Assembly (NCBI GenBank): GCA_963780225.1
Contig: CAWAAX010000027.1
Span: 1 to 64,000 of the forward strand
Length of the DNA: 64,000 nucleotides
Direction of reading: 5' to 3'
Source: an uncultured bacterium
GTDB taxonomy: Bacteria > Edwardsbacteria > AC1 > EtOH8
Below the pieces are notes generated by a model. It was not told where the DNA came from, ran no database searches, and was given only the letters and a program-made list of their open reading frames with translations. Below are positions 18,194 through 28,943 of this stretch, piece after piece (position 1 is the stretch's first letter; every line of letters starts with the position of its first letter). The translations under genes and the position numbers were made by a program.

Positions 18194-19639
18194 TTAGTTA
18201 TGAATATCTATCTCCCGCCAGGAGATTTGCTTAAGGCCGTTTGAATTGCTGCTTATCTGCTGCATAATGTATTGCAATGTTTCGCTGGAATAAAGCAGAT
18301 CGGCATTGCCGCGCATATGCATCCCGCGTCCTGGTCTCCCGCCGTCATTTGATACTTCGTCATACGTTGTGGCATCGCCGTTAACCATCAAAGCGCCCAA
18401 AAGCCAAAATTTATCACTTGTAACAAATTCACCGTCTACATAAACCAAACCCTTAAAAACTCCGGGATTAGCTCCTCCCCAGGTGCCAATTCCATTGAAC
18501 GGGCCCCGTACCCATAAAATGCCTCCGCAGGAATCGGGAAAATCCGTAACGCATAATTCACTGGTCCCCACTCCATCCTTAGCCATGTCGCCGGTATATT
18601 CAAAAAAACCGCCATTCTGGTTATTTCCGTATTCTGTTTCTACCGCGCCTTTTGAGGTAATGGGAATAATATTATAGGCGGCCCGCATACTATCCTCAGT
18701 GGCAAAACCCAGCACCTCCCAAAGGGGTTTAAAAGTCCCGGTATTGCTGTTGCCGACCGGATATCCAATCTCGGTGCCGCCGCCGTTAGGCGGTTCGTTG
18801 TCGTCACCGGTGGTGGTTATGCCAGGCAGGCAGCCGCCCGCCAGGCAACTGTCGGCCACATACCCATCGGCATCCTGGTCGCAAACCTCCCAATATTCGT
18901 CGTGGCAGGGAAAATCATTCCCGCCTTCCTGGACCCTTGTTCCTCCCGGTATGGCCATTAAATGATTGTGGCCGCAAACGGAAAAAGCGCCGGTAGCAAA
19001 TACCCCGGCATTGCAGGCTACCGCGGCGGTAACATTTATCTCTACTTTTCTCTTGGTCACTTCCGCCTCCACGCTGCGGCGGACATTGCCCACCATACCG
19101 GTGGAACGGATCACCCAGATGGGAAAGGAGTTTTGGTTGGGGGCTGCAAACGGCGGGCCGTTGACCAGCCGCTGGGTGCCGGTGCCGTAATCGTAATAAT
19201 AAATGGCCGTCCCGGCGCTGTTGGTTTTATATTTGGCGGTTAAAACATACTGGGTGTCGGCGCTGTTAATGTCGCTGACGGTATAGTTCAACTGGTTGGT
19301 GGTGCCGGCCAGCAAAGTGGGATAATACTGGATATGGGTGCCGGTAGGCGTTCCCGGCAGGTTGGTTTCGTTAATTAACCTGGCCTCCCAGTCGGCATTT
19401 TTGGGTTTGTCCTCAGCTATGGAATTTAAGCCGCCTGACAGATTTAAACGGGCCGATACTTCGCTGATGCCGGCTTCGGCCAGATTCAAAGCCTCCACAT
19501 AGCGCACCTGGTTGCCGCCCATCTTTTGTTCGTTGGTAATGGTTAGCATAAAGCCGGCCACCATCACCGACATCACCAGCAGCAGCATTAAAGCTATCAC
19601 CAAGGCTATGCCTTTTTCCTGTTTGTATGTTTGTTGCAT
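18194..19639 (-). CDS. PilX-like type IV pilus assembly protein
   Basis: EKGIALVIALMLLLVM..ALNLAEAGI N-terminus; C-terminal ISWREI. Confidence 0.8.
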   Translation of the reverse strand: MQQTYKQEKGIALVIALMLLLVMSVMVAGFMLTITNEQKMGGNQVRYVEALNLAEAGISEVSARLNLSGGLNSIAEDKPKNADWEARLINETNLPGTPTGTHIQYYPTLLAGTTNQLNYTVSDINSADTQYVLTAKYKTNSAGTAIYYYDYGTGTQRLVNGPPFAAPNQNSFPIWVIRSTGMVGNVRRSVEAEVTKRKVEINVTAAVACNAGVFATGAFSVCGHNHLMAIPGGTRVQEGGNDFPCHDEYWEVCDQDADGYVADSCLAGGCLPGITTTGDDNEPPNGGGTEIGYPVGNSNTGTFKPLWEVLGFATEDSMRAAYNIIPITSKGAVETEYGNNQNGGFFEYTGDMAKDGVGTSELCVTDFPDSCGGILWVRGPFNGIGTWGGANPGVFKGLVYVDGEFVTSDKFWLLGALMVNGDATTYDEVSNDGGRPGRGMHMRGNADLLYSSETLQYIMQQISSNSNGLKQISWREIDIHN

Positions 19640-19673
19640 GATATTTACCTCCTGCTTTTATAAATTTTGCTTT

Positions 19674-22600
19674 TTACTGAGCGTAATAAATTATCAGCCG
19701 TCCGAGATCGGTTCCGTATTTATCGGCCACGGCAATATCTTTTCTGCCGTCCATGCTGAAGTCGGCGATCTTGACCGCCGCTACTGCCCCCAGATAAGCC
19801 CCGCCCGAAGCATCGGAACCAACTTCCGGTAATACGCCGCCGGAACAGTCGAATATCAGAGTTTTCCCGGCAATATCAGAACTGCGAACACCCACCACGA
19901 TGTGGGGATTGACAGCAGCCGTGTACCATTTCATCATAGCCGCATCCAGGCACACCGGCTCGGCATCGGCAAAAGGCGCAAAGAACGAGCATACTCTTTC
20001 GCTGGCAGAGTTAAGCATGCCAAAGGTCGTTCCCGAAGCATCCTGCAGCCAAACCTGCAGTTCGCCCTTATAGTTTTCGGTTCTTACCGCAGCCACGATA
20101 TCCTTTTTGCCGTCGTTATTAATGTCAATAATTTTTAGGGCGGTTACCTCGCCCTGGGCGTTTAAGGTAACTAATTTGGTGAACCATTTATCCGTCCCGA
20201 CTGGCGTTCCGGTTCCGGTATAAACTATTATGGAACCGGTATAGGTCCCGTCCCTGGTACCCACTACTAGGTCATTCTTGGTGTCGCCGCCCACCAGATA
20301 GGCGGCATTCAAGGCCAGTACCTCACCCATGCCGGTCCAGCGCTGTTTGGTAGTGGAGTCGGGGAATATCCGGGTTTCTCCGTATTTACCGCTTAGGGAA
20401 GGTATTTTTAAGGTATTTATCCACATTTGAAATCCGCCGGTATTGGTAGCGCTGCTGAACCCGGCCACTATATCGGCATAGCTGTCATTGCCGAAATTGG
20501 ATACAGCCAAGGCGTTCACCGGATAAGCGCTGTTGCCCCCGGCAATTAAGCGGTATATGTAAGGGCTGGTATTTGGTACCGAGTCCTGAACCACCGCCGC
20601 GCCTATGGAGTCCCAGCTAAAGCCCGAACTGGCCAGATATTTGCAGGTATCCATACTGGGCCATACCGCTACGTTGTAGGTAATGCTGGAGGTATTGCTT
20701 AGGCCCAATACCAGATCCTTGCGGTGCCGGGAATTGCGAAAATTTGGGGTTGAAATTGAATAGACTGATCCCGACTTTGTGATATAGGCCTTATGGTTCA
20801 TGGTGTCGCTGGCAATGGCCTGAATATTCACATTGGCCGGGAACTGTTTTTGCTCGTAGGCATACTGAAAGCGGGTGGTGGAAACGTTGCCCAGTTCAAA
20901 CAACTGGTTTACATCGGTGGTTTGGGTGCCGTCTTTTAAATAACGCTTGTTGAACCAGCCCCGGATGTTGCCGCGGCCGGTTTCGTACTTGGTGCCCAGC
21001 ACGATGTCGGTATCGTTCTTCTCGGTGGCCATGTTGACCTCATATTCCCGGAAATCGTTGACCGTCATGGAAAGCACGTTGGAGGCCGAGAAGGATACCG
21101 CCGTAAGCACCATATCTCCGAAATTGTATCCTGTTTTAACGTCGCCGGTGTTTACTACGCCAACTTCATAACGGTTGGTGGTGGTGGAAAAATATCCTTT
21201 GGGATCAAATTCGGTCAGACTGTAATAACGATCGGGCAGGGCCGCCACTTTTATGGCAAAGGTGCCGTCCGCGGCAGTTACCGGCAGGGGGTCTACGGGA
21301 AGCCATTGCTCGGAAGTGAGGGGGGCTACGGCCGAAGCCCGGTAATATACGGCCAGCTCCACCCCCGCTATTCCGGCTTCGCCATCGTACACCCCGTTGC
21401 CATTGTCCAAAAATACTTTGCCCTTAAGAGTGCACTGGCCGGCGGTTACAAACCCAAAATTTTGATAGGCGGTGCCGTTGGCGGTTATGGTAACTGTCTG
21501 CGCCGGAGGATTAGGAATGGTTGGCGTATATTCCGGATCGTTGACTATTACTATGCACTTTACGCTGTCCGTCGCCGGTTCCGCCGCGATACAATAGCTT
21601 CCGTCGCTGGCCGTATAAGCCGACCTTACCGAACTTTTAAGATAAACGTTGCATCCGGAAATGCCCACTTCCCCCACACCAGCCTGAAGCCCGTCCCCAT
21701 TGAGATCTACAAACACCACCCCCTGCACCTTGCCGGGGGTATACTGGGCCAGAGAAAAGCTTTGGGTAGCATTGGCGGTAGTGGCATCCACCAGATATGA
21801 GAGCTTGGCCGGATCCACCGCCTTATAACCAGTAGTGGAACCGCATATTACATTCGGCAGCGTGATCTCAATGGTGTGACTTTTGGCTTCCACGTTAAAA
21901 GAGTAATCGCCGTTGGCATCGGTCTTTGTAACCTGACCATCGGTGCGGTTCTCCACCCTTACATTGGATATTCCGGTTTCGCCGAGGTCCACAACCTGGT
22001 TGTTGTTGGCATCGATGGCCACCTTGCCGGAAATGACCCGGCCCTCGGTTATTGTAATGTTCCGGGTTATAGTAGTGGTGGTGGAGATCTCCACCTGCTC
22101 ATACCTGTTCTTGCTATTGGGGGTCCTGGTAGCAGTGGTTACCGTTACAATAACCCTGGAAATGGACCTTAAACTGCCGGCTGGAACCGGGACCAAGGCG
22201 GCTATTTCAGCATCCGACAAAGAACCGTCACCATCGTCGTCGCCATGCAAAACATCACCATCAGAGGTAGATATCCAGTACTGGAAAAGCGGTTGTATTA
22301 CCCCGGAAACCCGGACGGGAAAGTCGGAACGAGCCAGGCCCACCGGCAGCGGAGTGCCGCCGTTGCTGTCGGAAACGCTGTTATATCCGAATACCTGACG
22401 GGTAATGGAATATAAACTATCGTTGCGGGTAAGTCTTTCTTCCAGGTCGTCTCCCCGGTCGGTATTGGTTACTGTGCCGTCGTTATTGGAATCGAAAGCA
22501 TAGCGGATGGTCTCGGCTCCGTCGGTAAATCCTGCTCCGCCATTATAAAGCGGGCTGGCGCTGCCGCCCGGCAAAGGACGCTTGATAGGATTTATTGCCG

Positions 22601-22925
22601 CTGGGCTGGCCGGGGCTGCCGGGTCGTCCGGGTAGGGCGCCAGGTTGGCCGAGATCATAATGTCAAAAGGTCCGGCATAAACAATTGGCGTATGGCCGGA
22701 AATGGTATTGGCCCCGTATCCTGCCGAGCGGATGTCGTCGCTGATCATGTCTACCAGCATTCTGGCTGTTTGCTGGGCCTCGGAAAGCAGTTCTGTATTG
22801 CGCTTGGCTTTTTGGCTGTTAATTACCACTGACACTATGGCCACCACAATAATTGACAGCATAACCATGGTTATCATCAGCTCTACTAAGGTAAAGCCGC
22901 GGCCCTTAAAGTTTTTTGTATTCAT
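19674..22925 (-). CDS. Giant PilW-like prepilin with SdrD-B-like repeats and FG-GAP-like repeats
   Basis: RGFTLVELM prepilin motif; DDIRSAGY; three GxVxxDxNxxG..GExGI repeats; DINNDGKKDIV and DFSMDGRKDIAV; RBS GGAGGT favours start 22925. Confidence 0.8.
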   Translation of the reverse strand: MNTKNFKGRGFTLVELMITMVMLSIIVVAIVSVVINSQKAKRNTELLSEAQQTARMLVDMISDDIRSAGYGANTISGHTPIVYAGPFDIMISANLAPYPDDPAAPASPAAINPIKRPLPGGSASPLYNGGAGFTDGAETIRYAFDSNNDGTVTNTDRGDDLEERLTRNDSLYSITRQVFGYNSVSDSNGGTPLPVGLARSDFPVRVSGVIQPLFQYWISTSDGDVLHGDDDGDGSLSDAEIAALVPVPAGSLRSISRVIVTVTTATRTPNSKNRYEQVEISTTTTITRNITITEGRVISGKVAIDANNNQVVDLGETGISNVRVENRTDGQVTKTDANGDYSFNVEAKSHTIEITLPNVICGSTTGYKAVDPAKLSYLVDATTANATQSFSLAQYTPGKVQGVVFVDLNGDGLQAGVGEVGISGCNVYLKSSVRSAYTASDGSYCIAAEPATDSVKCIVIVNDPEYTPTIPNPPAQTVTITANGTAYQNFGFVTAGQCTLKGKVFLDNGNGVYDGEAGIAGVELAVYYRASAVAPLTSEQWLPVDPLPVTAADGTFAIKVAALPDRYYSLTEFDPKGYFSTTTNRYEVGVVNTGDVKTGYNFGDMVLTAVSFSASNVLSMTVNDFREYEVNMATEKNDTDIVLGTKYETGRGNIRGWFNKRYLKDGTQTTDVNQLFELGNVSTTRFQYAYEQKQFPANVNIQAIASDTMNHKAYITKSGSVYSISTPNFRNSRHRKDLVLGLSNTSSITYNVAVWPSMDTCKYLASSGFSWDSIGAAVVQDSVPNTSPYIYRLIAGGNSAYPVNALAVSNFGNDSYADIVAGFSSATNTGGFQMWINTLKIPSLSGKYGETRIFPDSTTKQRWTGMGEVLALNAAYLVGGDTKNDLVVGTRDGTYTGSIIVYTGTGTPVGTDKWFTKLVTLNAQGEVTALKIIDINNDGKKDIVAAVRTENYKGELQVWLQDASGTTFGMLNSASERVCSFFAPFADAEPVCLDAAMMKWYTAAVNPHIVVGVRSSDIAGKTLIFDCSGGVLPEVGSDASGGAYLGAVAAVKIADFSMDGRKDIAVADKYGTDLGRLIIYYAQ

Positions 22926-22962
22926 GGCAAACACCTCCGGTTTTTGGTATTAGATAATTCCT

Positions 22963-23376
22963 TTATCGGGTAAAGTAGCTGATCATGGTAATGACGTCAT
23001 TGGACGTAAGATTGGCTTCGTCCACTCCGGGCAGCATTGATGTGGTTACCGTTACCATCCGGATATTATCTACATCGCCGATGCTGTTGGTGACTGTAAC
23101 CCAGGACTCGTACCGGGTATCTCCGCTGGGATTAAAATGATCCGTGCCAACCGTGGCTAAATTATCAAAACCCAGCCTTTTTAAAGTTTCCATTTCCTGC
23201 TGGCTGTATTCCACCGCCTTGGAAAGTACCCGGCTTTTGGTTATCGTGCGCGTGGCCATTGGCACTATTCCGGCTATGGACAATATGCCCACCGTCAGCA
23301 CCAGCACCGCCACCAAAAGTTCCACCATGGTCATGCCCTTGGATGAGCGGATTTTATTTTTTAATGCATCATTCAT
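22963..23376 (-). CDS. PilV-like minor pilin
   Basis: KGMTMVELLVAVLVLTVGILSI prepilin motif. Confidence 0.8.
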   Translation of the reverse strand: MNDALKNKIRSSKGMTMVELLVAVLVLTVGILSIAGIVPMATRTITKSRVLSKAVEYSQQEMETLKRLGFDNLATVGTDHFNPSGDTRYESWVTVTNSIGDVDNIRMVTVTTSMLPGVDEANLTSNDVITMISYFTR

Positions 23377-23389
23377 GGTTATCATCTCC

Positions 23390-23851
23390 TTATTGTAATT
23401 CTTTAAGCACCGAACCCGAAGAGACCACATGTACTGTGACTTTTTCGTTGCGCGTATTGGTCAGCCTAATGCTTCCAGTGGTTGAGGCGTCACCTCTGGG
23501 AGAAAAAACTACTATTGAAGGATTGGTGGCGGGGATGACATCGTTGGTAATGCTGGTTTCATATTTATAGGTAACCATCGGCTCTCCGTTGTCAATGGTG
23601 TTGTCGCTGTTTAAATCTTTGATTATGCTAAAAGTATCAGCATTGGCGGTAAACAAGGCGATGTAGGGCACGCCCTCGCTGATGGCCTTAACTCTGGCTA
23701 CCATCAGATTGCTCCTTAGACCATCCGCCGAACCTCTGAGCCTAGTGGTGGGCAAACTCCGCAGCAAATTAGGCACCGCAAAAGCCCCCACAATGCCTAT
23801 TATGGTAATCACCACCATCAGCTCGATTAATGTGAACCCTTTTTCTTTCAT
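23390..23851 (-). CDS. FimT/GspH-like minor pilin
   Basis: KGFTLIELMVVITI..AVP; ARVKAI; VVFSPRG. Confidence 0.85.
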   Translation of the reverse strand: MKEKGFTLIELMVVITIIGIVGAFAVPNLLRSLPTTRLRGSADGLRSNLMVARVKAISEGVPYIALFTANADTFSIIKDLNSDNTIDNGEPMVTYKYETSITNDVIPATNPSIVVFSPRGDASTTGSIRLTNTRNEKVTVHVVSSGSVLKELQ

Positions 23852-23878
23852 GATTTTTATCTCCCTAGCTATTAAATG

Positions 23879-23894
23879 TGCAATGTTTATGCCA
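23879..23894 (-). promoter_or_regulatory. Sigma54 (-24/-12) promoter of the minor pilin operon
   Basis: TGGCATAAACATTGCA with exact GG-N10-GC spacing, 27 bp upstream of the first ATG; AT-rich region upstream. Confidence 0.8.
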
Positions 23895-24192
23895 AAATTT
23901 TAGTTATTCTGTAAATCATTGTTGGTAAATCACTTATATTATTGTTACAATATATATATGTTCCAATAAATCCGCATTTATTGTTACCCTGTGGTAATAC
24001 TTGATCGTTTTGGGTCATTATACGAAAAACGACTGAACTCCGCAATATCAAGATAAATTTTAGTAAAATCTGGTGCTAACCTCAGGGAAAAATAAATCAT
24101 GTTAATTCGCTTATGCTATTATATTTGCATCCTCGAGTGCAGTATCTTCAGCGAAGGCTCTCCTGTCTTTCCTAATGTAAAAAGACAGGAAT

Positions 24193-26463
24193 TCACTCCA
24201 GATGATAATCCTTGATCTTTTTCAGCATCACCCGGTAGCTTATCTTTAGCTTTCGTGAAGCTTCGCTTTTGTTGCCCCCGGTCTCCTTAAGCATCTCCTT
24301 GATCATCTGAGCCTCGGAGGCGGCCGCCGCCCGGGCCGAGACTTCCAGCAAACCCAGCCCTTTTTCATTTTTGGAAACGCTTTTACCTTCTTCTTCAGCT
24401 ATGTTCAGGTGCTCCGGCTTGATCAGATTCCCCATGGCCATCACCACCGCTCGTTCTACGACATTCTCCAACTCCCTTACATTGCCCGGCCACTGGTAGC
24501 CGGTCAAGATATCCAGACTGGCCTTGCTGAAATGCTTGACCGCTGTTTTGGTCTTTTGGCAGTGTTTTTCCGCAAAATGGTTGGCCAATAAAATGATATC
24601 CTCGGACCGCTGGCGCAGCGGGGGCAGTTCAATGGGAAAGACGTTAAGCCTGAAATACAGATCTTGCCTGAACTTCCCCGCCTTTACCAGCTGTTCCGGA
24701 TCCTGGTTGGTGGCCGCTATCAGCCGGATATCAACCTTGAAAGGCTTGGTGCCGCCCACCGGGGTGGCCTCGCGCTCCTGCAGTACCCGCAACAACTTTA
24801 CCTGAAGCGAAAGGGGAAGTTCGCCGATCTCGTCCAGAAAGAAGGTGCCTCCCTCGGCCGCCTTTAACAGCCCGGGCTTGTCTTTGGAGGCCCCGGTAAA
24901 GGCGCCCCGCAAGTAGCCGAAAAGCTCCGACTCCAAAAGCGTCTCGGGCAGGGCCCCGCAGTTGATGGATACAAAAGGTCCCGTGCACCTGGGGCTCTGG
25001 CGGTGGATGGCCCTGGCGATGAGCTCCTTGCCGGTTCCGGATTCCCCGGTTATCAGCGCCGTGCTTTCGGTCTTGGCCACCTTCTGAGCCATCTCCAGCA
25101 CATCGGCCATGGCCTGGGAGGCATGGATAATCTCATGTTTCCCCGCTTCCAGCGCCCCGGCCGGTTGGTAGGTTAGATACTGCCCCATGTCCCCCACCGC
25201 CCGCTCAATCTCGGCCACGTGTTTTTGCCACAGGCCGGGCTGGGCCAAGGCGGCGCAGGCCGGATCTTTTAAGGCCGCGATCTCGGGCGTTATCCTTTGC
25301 AGAAGTTTTTGGGAAGCCTGGGCCATCAGCAGGGCGCTGTCGTATAGTTGGGCCTGTTCTTCCATGCTTTTGATCTCGGTGATGTCGGTTACTGCTAAGA
25401 TGCTGCCGGAGTTCTGTCCCGAAGCATCGGCCAGATCATACATTTCTGCCTGCAGATACCGATGTCCGTATTTCAGATGATTGGATTCCCACACCAGCGG
25501 CTTTTTGTTTTCGGTCCGGGTTGGAAGATTGTTATCTTTCAACCATCGGGCGATATTCACAGTCTCATCTCCGCCTGCCAGCTGGGCCGCCGCCCGGTTG
25601 AACGAGGTTACCTCCCCGTTCCTGTCAAGTGTTATTAGGGCCTTGTCAATGCTGTCCACAATCTGCTTTTTTATCAATTCGCTCTGCTCGGCCCGGTCGC
25701 GGGCATTGTCGTAAAGTTTTTGCAGGCTTTGGCCTTTTGCCTTAAGCTGTTCTATCATTTGATCGTAGGTTTTCACCACCAGGTCCACGTCGGAGCCGGA
25801 TTGGCCGGGCGATGTCTCTCCCAGTCTGCTCCGGGCGCTTTGGGCCATCTGCCGGAAAGGCGAAAAAATACTCCGCAGATAGAAAAGTCCTATGATCAGG
25901 GTCAAAGCAAAGCCTATCGCTCCGGCCAATACCTGGACATTGGCCGCCCTGGCCAGGGAAAAATCTTCGCCGGCCGGGTATTCCAGGGCCAGGATGTTCT
26001 GGCCTTGGCCGGTCTTATAATAGGCGGTAAAATACAAAAGCCCCAGCCTTTGGTAGGCGGGGGAAATGGCCACTCCGTTCTCACTGAACGAGGCGAACGG
26101 CGGCACAACCACTGAAGGTCTTTCGTAATTTTTAGGCTCCCGGTTCCAGGGCTGGTATTTGTCATATTTAAAAACCAACCTGCCATTTACATCCAGCAAA
26201 CCTATGCTGACCAATCCGGTCTTTTGGGCCAGGCGCTGCCAGGATGACCAAAGCGAGTCCTTGGGCAGATCTCTGGCTGTTACCAGTTCGGCCTGGACCA
26301 AACCTCCCAGCAATTCCATGTGATTGAGTTGGACCGAGTCCATCCGGGATTTTGTTTTGTACACCAGCCAGATCCCTGATAAGTTGATGACCAAAAGCAC
26401 CAGCATTATCAAAAAACCGGCCAGCTTGGTCTCTAACTCGTATCTCTGCCATCTGTTACTCAT
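24193..26463 (-). CDS. Membrane-anchored sigma54-dependent activator (TM-periplasmic-TM-HAMP-PAS-AAA+-HTH)
   Basis: [35 protein letters not shown], Fis-type HTH; two N-terminal TM helices; no receiver domain. Confidence 0.85.
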   Translation of the reverse strand: MSNRWQRYELETKLAGFLIMLVLLVINLSGIWLVYKTKSRMDSVQLNHMELLGGLVQAELVTARDLPKDSLWSSWQRLAQKTGLVSIGLLDVNGRLVFKYDKYQPWNREPKNYERPSVVVPPFASFSENGVAISPAYQRLGLLYFTAYYKTGQGQNILALEYPAGEDFSLARAANVQVLAGAIGFALTLIIGLFYLRSIFSPFRQMAQSARSRLGETSPGQSGSDVDLVVKTYDQMIEQLKAKGQSLQKLYDNARDRAEQSELIKKQIVDSIDKALITLDRNGEVTSFNRAAAQLAGGDETVNIARWLKDNNLPTRTENKKPLVWESNHLKYGHRYLQAEMYDLADASGQNSGSILAVTDITEIKSMEEQAQLYDSALLMAQASQKLLQRITPEIAALKDPACAALAQPGLWQKHVAEIERAVGDMGQYLTYQPAGALEAGKHEIIHASQAMADVLEMAQKVAKTESTALITGESGTGKELIARAIHRQSPRCTGPFVSINCGALPETLLESELFGYLRGAFTGASKDKPGLLKAAEGGTFFLDEIGELPLSLQVKLLRVLQEREATPVGGTKPFKVDIRLIAATNQDPEQLVKAGKFRQDLYFRLNVFPIELPPLRQRSEDIILLANHFAEKHCQKTKTAVKHFSKASLDILTGYQWPGNVRELENVVERAVVMAMGNLIKPEHLNIAEEEGKSVSKNEKGLGLLEVSARAAAASEAQMIKEMLKETGGNKSEASRKLKISYRVMLKKIKDYHLE

Positions 26464-26514
26464 GGGTAATAGTCTACCATAACAATTTTCCGGTGTCAAC
26501 TGGATTTTTTAAAT

Positions 26515-26595
26515 AACAAAGCGCCTTCCCGCAGGCTCGTCTGCCATAGTCTGCCACGGGGCAGACGCAGGAGGACTGCGGGAAGGCGCTTTGTT
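26515..26595 (-). terminator. Terminator-like 20-bp inverted repeat with an oversized loop
   Basis: AACAAAGCGCCTTCCCGCAG ... CTGCGGGAAGGCGCTTTGTT. Confidence 0.6.
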
Positions 26596-26621
26596 TGGGC
26601 TATTATATTATGTTAGCCTGC

Positions 26622-27143
26622 TTATTTGTTTGGACAATCGGGATTGTTCTTCATCTGGCGGCGCATTCCACGGTGCTCGGCCTTCAGCTTCTTCTGCTGG
26701 TCGGCGGTCAAAACCTTGCGCAATTCCAGCAAATGCTCGGTCTTGGCGTCATGCAGTTTGTTCATCAGGGCCTTCATCTCGCCGGATTTTTTGCGGATCT
26801 CGCTGTCGGTGGCGTTGCCTTCCATGATGTCCTGGTATTCCATCCGGGCGATCTTCATCTCGGCTTCCAGTTTCACCATCTCCTTGCGGTGTTTCAATGA
26901 CAGCTGGTCGATCTTTTCCGTCTGCTCGGCGCTCAAACCCAGGTTCTTGGCGATCTCAGGATTCTCCCACCATTGACCCCGTCCCATCCCCATTCCGGGA
27001 TTTCCGCAATCCTTCATTCCGCCTTGTTCCATCATGGCTCCGCCTTTGGGGCCGTCTCCCTTGCCCTGCCCCATGGGGCACTGGGCCAAAGCCAGACCGG
27101 CTGCCATCAGCAGCGTGATCGCCAGGATAAATGTCTTCCTCAT
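26622..27143 (-). CDS. Spy/CpxP-family periplasmic protein
   Basis: Signal peptide, Gly/Met-rich leader, LSAEQ and LTADQ (LTXXQ) motifs. Confidence 0.8.
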   Translation of the reverse strand: MRKTFILAITLLMAAGLALAQCPMGQGKGDGPKGGAMMEQGGMKDCGNPGMGMGRGQWWENPEIAKNLGLSAEQTEKIDQLSLKHRKEMVKLEAEMKIARMEYQDIMEGNATDSEIRKKSGEMKALMNKLHDAKTEHLLELRKVLTADQQKKLKAEHRGMRRQMKNNPDCPNK

Positions 27144-27233
27144 TTCTAATGTCTCCTTTAATTTTGTTTTGTTTGTTTTGTTTTATTAATATCAACCCGC
27201 GCGGTAAATATTATTTTGTTGACTGACGACTGG

Positions 27234-27788
27234 TCATTGCCCGTAGCGTCTCATCTTTTTCTGCCGGATGTCCCTCACCATGTCCCGTATCTCCTCGTCG
27301 AACTTTTGATTGAAGACCAGCATCCTGGCTTTCTGCTTGACGGTCAAAATCCCGTCCAACTTGGTTTTAAAGGATTTCATCTGCTGCCATCTTTCGGCTT
27401 CGGCGTTCTCTATCTGGATCATTTTAGTTTTCAGATCCTGATCCTTGGCTCCGGCGCTCAGCAGACTGTCCAGCTGGCCGATGTACTTCTGCTGCTGCCT
27501 GCCCGCTTCCCTCAGATTGGTCTCCATCTCTTTGAGTTTTGGGAAAAATTGGGCTATTTGCTGGTCGGAAAGTTCCAAAGTCTCGGTCATTCGGCTGATC
27601 CGTACTGCCTCCAGCATCTTGCGCTCTTTGTCCCAGGGCGGACAGGGTTCTTCGCAGGCTCCCGGTCCGCCGCCGTTCATCATACCGGGCGGCGGGGACA
27701 TCATTCCGTCCTGCGGGCCGGGCTGGGCCCAGGCTAAGGTGGAAATTAGTAGTATCAAGGCTGACGCCAGCATACTGTTTTTTTTCAT
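27234..27788 (-). CDS. Second LTXXQ-type periplasmic helical protein
   Basis: Signal peptide from MKKNSML; LELSDQQ and ILTVKQ motifs. Confidence 0.7.
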   Translation of the reverse strand: MKKNSMLASALILLISTLAWAQPGPQDGMMSPPPGMMNGGGPGACEEPCPPWDKERKMLEAVRISRMTETLELSDQQIAQFFPKLKEMETNLREAGRQQQKYIGQLDSLLSAGAKDQDLKTKMIQIENAEAERWQQMKSFKTKLDGILTVKQKARMLVFNQKFDEEIRDMVRDIRQKKMRRYGQ

Positions 27789-27789
27789 T

Positions 27790-28284
27790 TTATATGGTCC
27801 TTTCTTTGGCTGATATTTGTTCCAGCACGTCTTTCCACTCTTCATCGCTTAGATCCTGAGTGGCGCTTTGGTAATCGTCCTGGTCGGAGATGCTATATTC
27901 CAGCAGTATCTCGCTGCTGTAGTCTTTAAGGCTGGAAGAGAGTTGGGTATTTTGATCGGCCTGGCTAAGCGCTTCGTCCACTTTTCCCCAGCCGTAATCG
28001 TCTATGCCCCATTCCGAGGCCGCTCTAACCAGTTTATTGCTGGAGTTGATCCCGGAACCCAGCTGCCAGGCGAACAAAAGCATCACCGCGGTCATGGCCC
28101 CGGAAAGGGTTCCCCAGTAGATCCAGCCCTTCTGCCACCAGGAAACCGGCTTGGCTCTTAAACTTTCCGCCACCACCACCGGAAGGTTGATGAAGAACCT
28201 GTCTTCCGGCATCTCCACTTCCCAGGCATCCAGCAATTTAGCCAGATTTTGGTCAAGTGTATTATTTTCTTTATTTTTATTCAT
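27790..28284 (-). CDS. Putative single-TM anti-sigma factor
   Basis: Directly downstream of the ECF sigma; PEDRFF motif followed by one TM helix. Confidence 0.55.
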   Translation of the reverse strand: MNKNKENNTLDQNLAKLLDAWEVEMPEDRFFINLPVVVAESLRAKPVSWWQKGWIYWGTLSGAMTAVMLLFAWQLGSGINSSNKLVRAASEWGIDDYGWGKVDEALSQADQNTQLSSSLKDYSSEILLEYSISDQDDYQSATQDLSDEEWKDVLEQISAKERTI

Positions 28285-28424
28285 GCGCTTCTCATCGTCT
28301 ATCTTTATTGGTACTATTTTCACACTAAGACACAAAGGCACTAAGGATTTGACATATATTTATCCTGGTTCCGTTTTATGAGTTACTCTTTGTGGTCTCC
28401 GTGGCTTTGTGTGATTGTTCTCAG

Positions 28425-28943
28425 CTAAGGTGAAAGATCTTTTAAGCTTATTTTCAGTTTTTCCACCGCCTGGTGGTAGTTGGCCTTGACGCTGCCTTCG
28501 GTCCTTCCGGTCATCTTGGCAATTTCCTCGTGCTTGAATCCCTCATACTGGTGCATCACGAAAACCATTTTCTGTTTGTAAGGCAGTTCGCTGACCGCCT
28601 TCTTGACCGCCCTCACCGTGCCGCTGTCCTGCCCATCCGGGGCCGGCGGTTCCGGGATCTCGTCCAGAGATATTGAGCTGAAGACCTCTTTCTTGCGCCA
28701 GCTGGAGCCCAGGTTAATGGCTATACGGTACAGCCAGGTTTTGATCTCGGATTGTCCCCTAAAGCTGTCCAGCCCCTTGTAAGCCCTGATGAACACCTCC
28801 TGGGTAAGGTCCTTGGCATCCTCAACATTGCCGGTCAGCCGGTAACACAGGCGGTAGATGGCCTGGCTGTTGGATGCTATAACCTCTTTGAGATCATATG
28901 ATTGAGGCCTGGTTTTTATGTCGTTTTGAGTCTGATCGATCAT
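28425..28943 (-). CDS. ECF RNA polymerase sigma factor
   Basis: DAKDLTQEVFIRAY, TWLYRIAIN, EGFKHEEIA. Confidence 0.9.
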   Translation of the reverse strand: MIDQTQNDIKTRPQSYDLKEVIASNSQAIYRLCYRLTGNVEDAKDLTQEVFIRAYKGLDSFRGQSEIKTWLYRIAINLGSSWRKKEVFSSISLDEIPEPPAPDGQDSGTVRAVKKAVSELPYKQKMVFVMHQYEGFKHEEIAKMTGRTEGSVKANYHQAVEKLKISLKDLSP

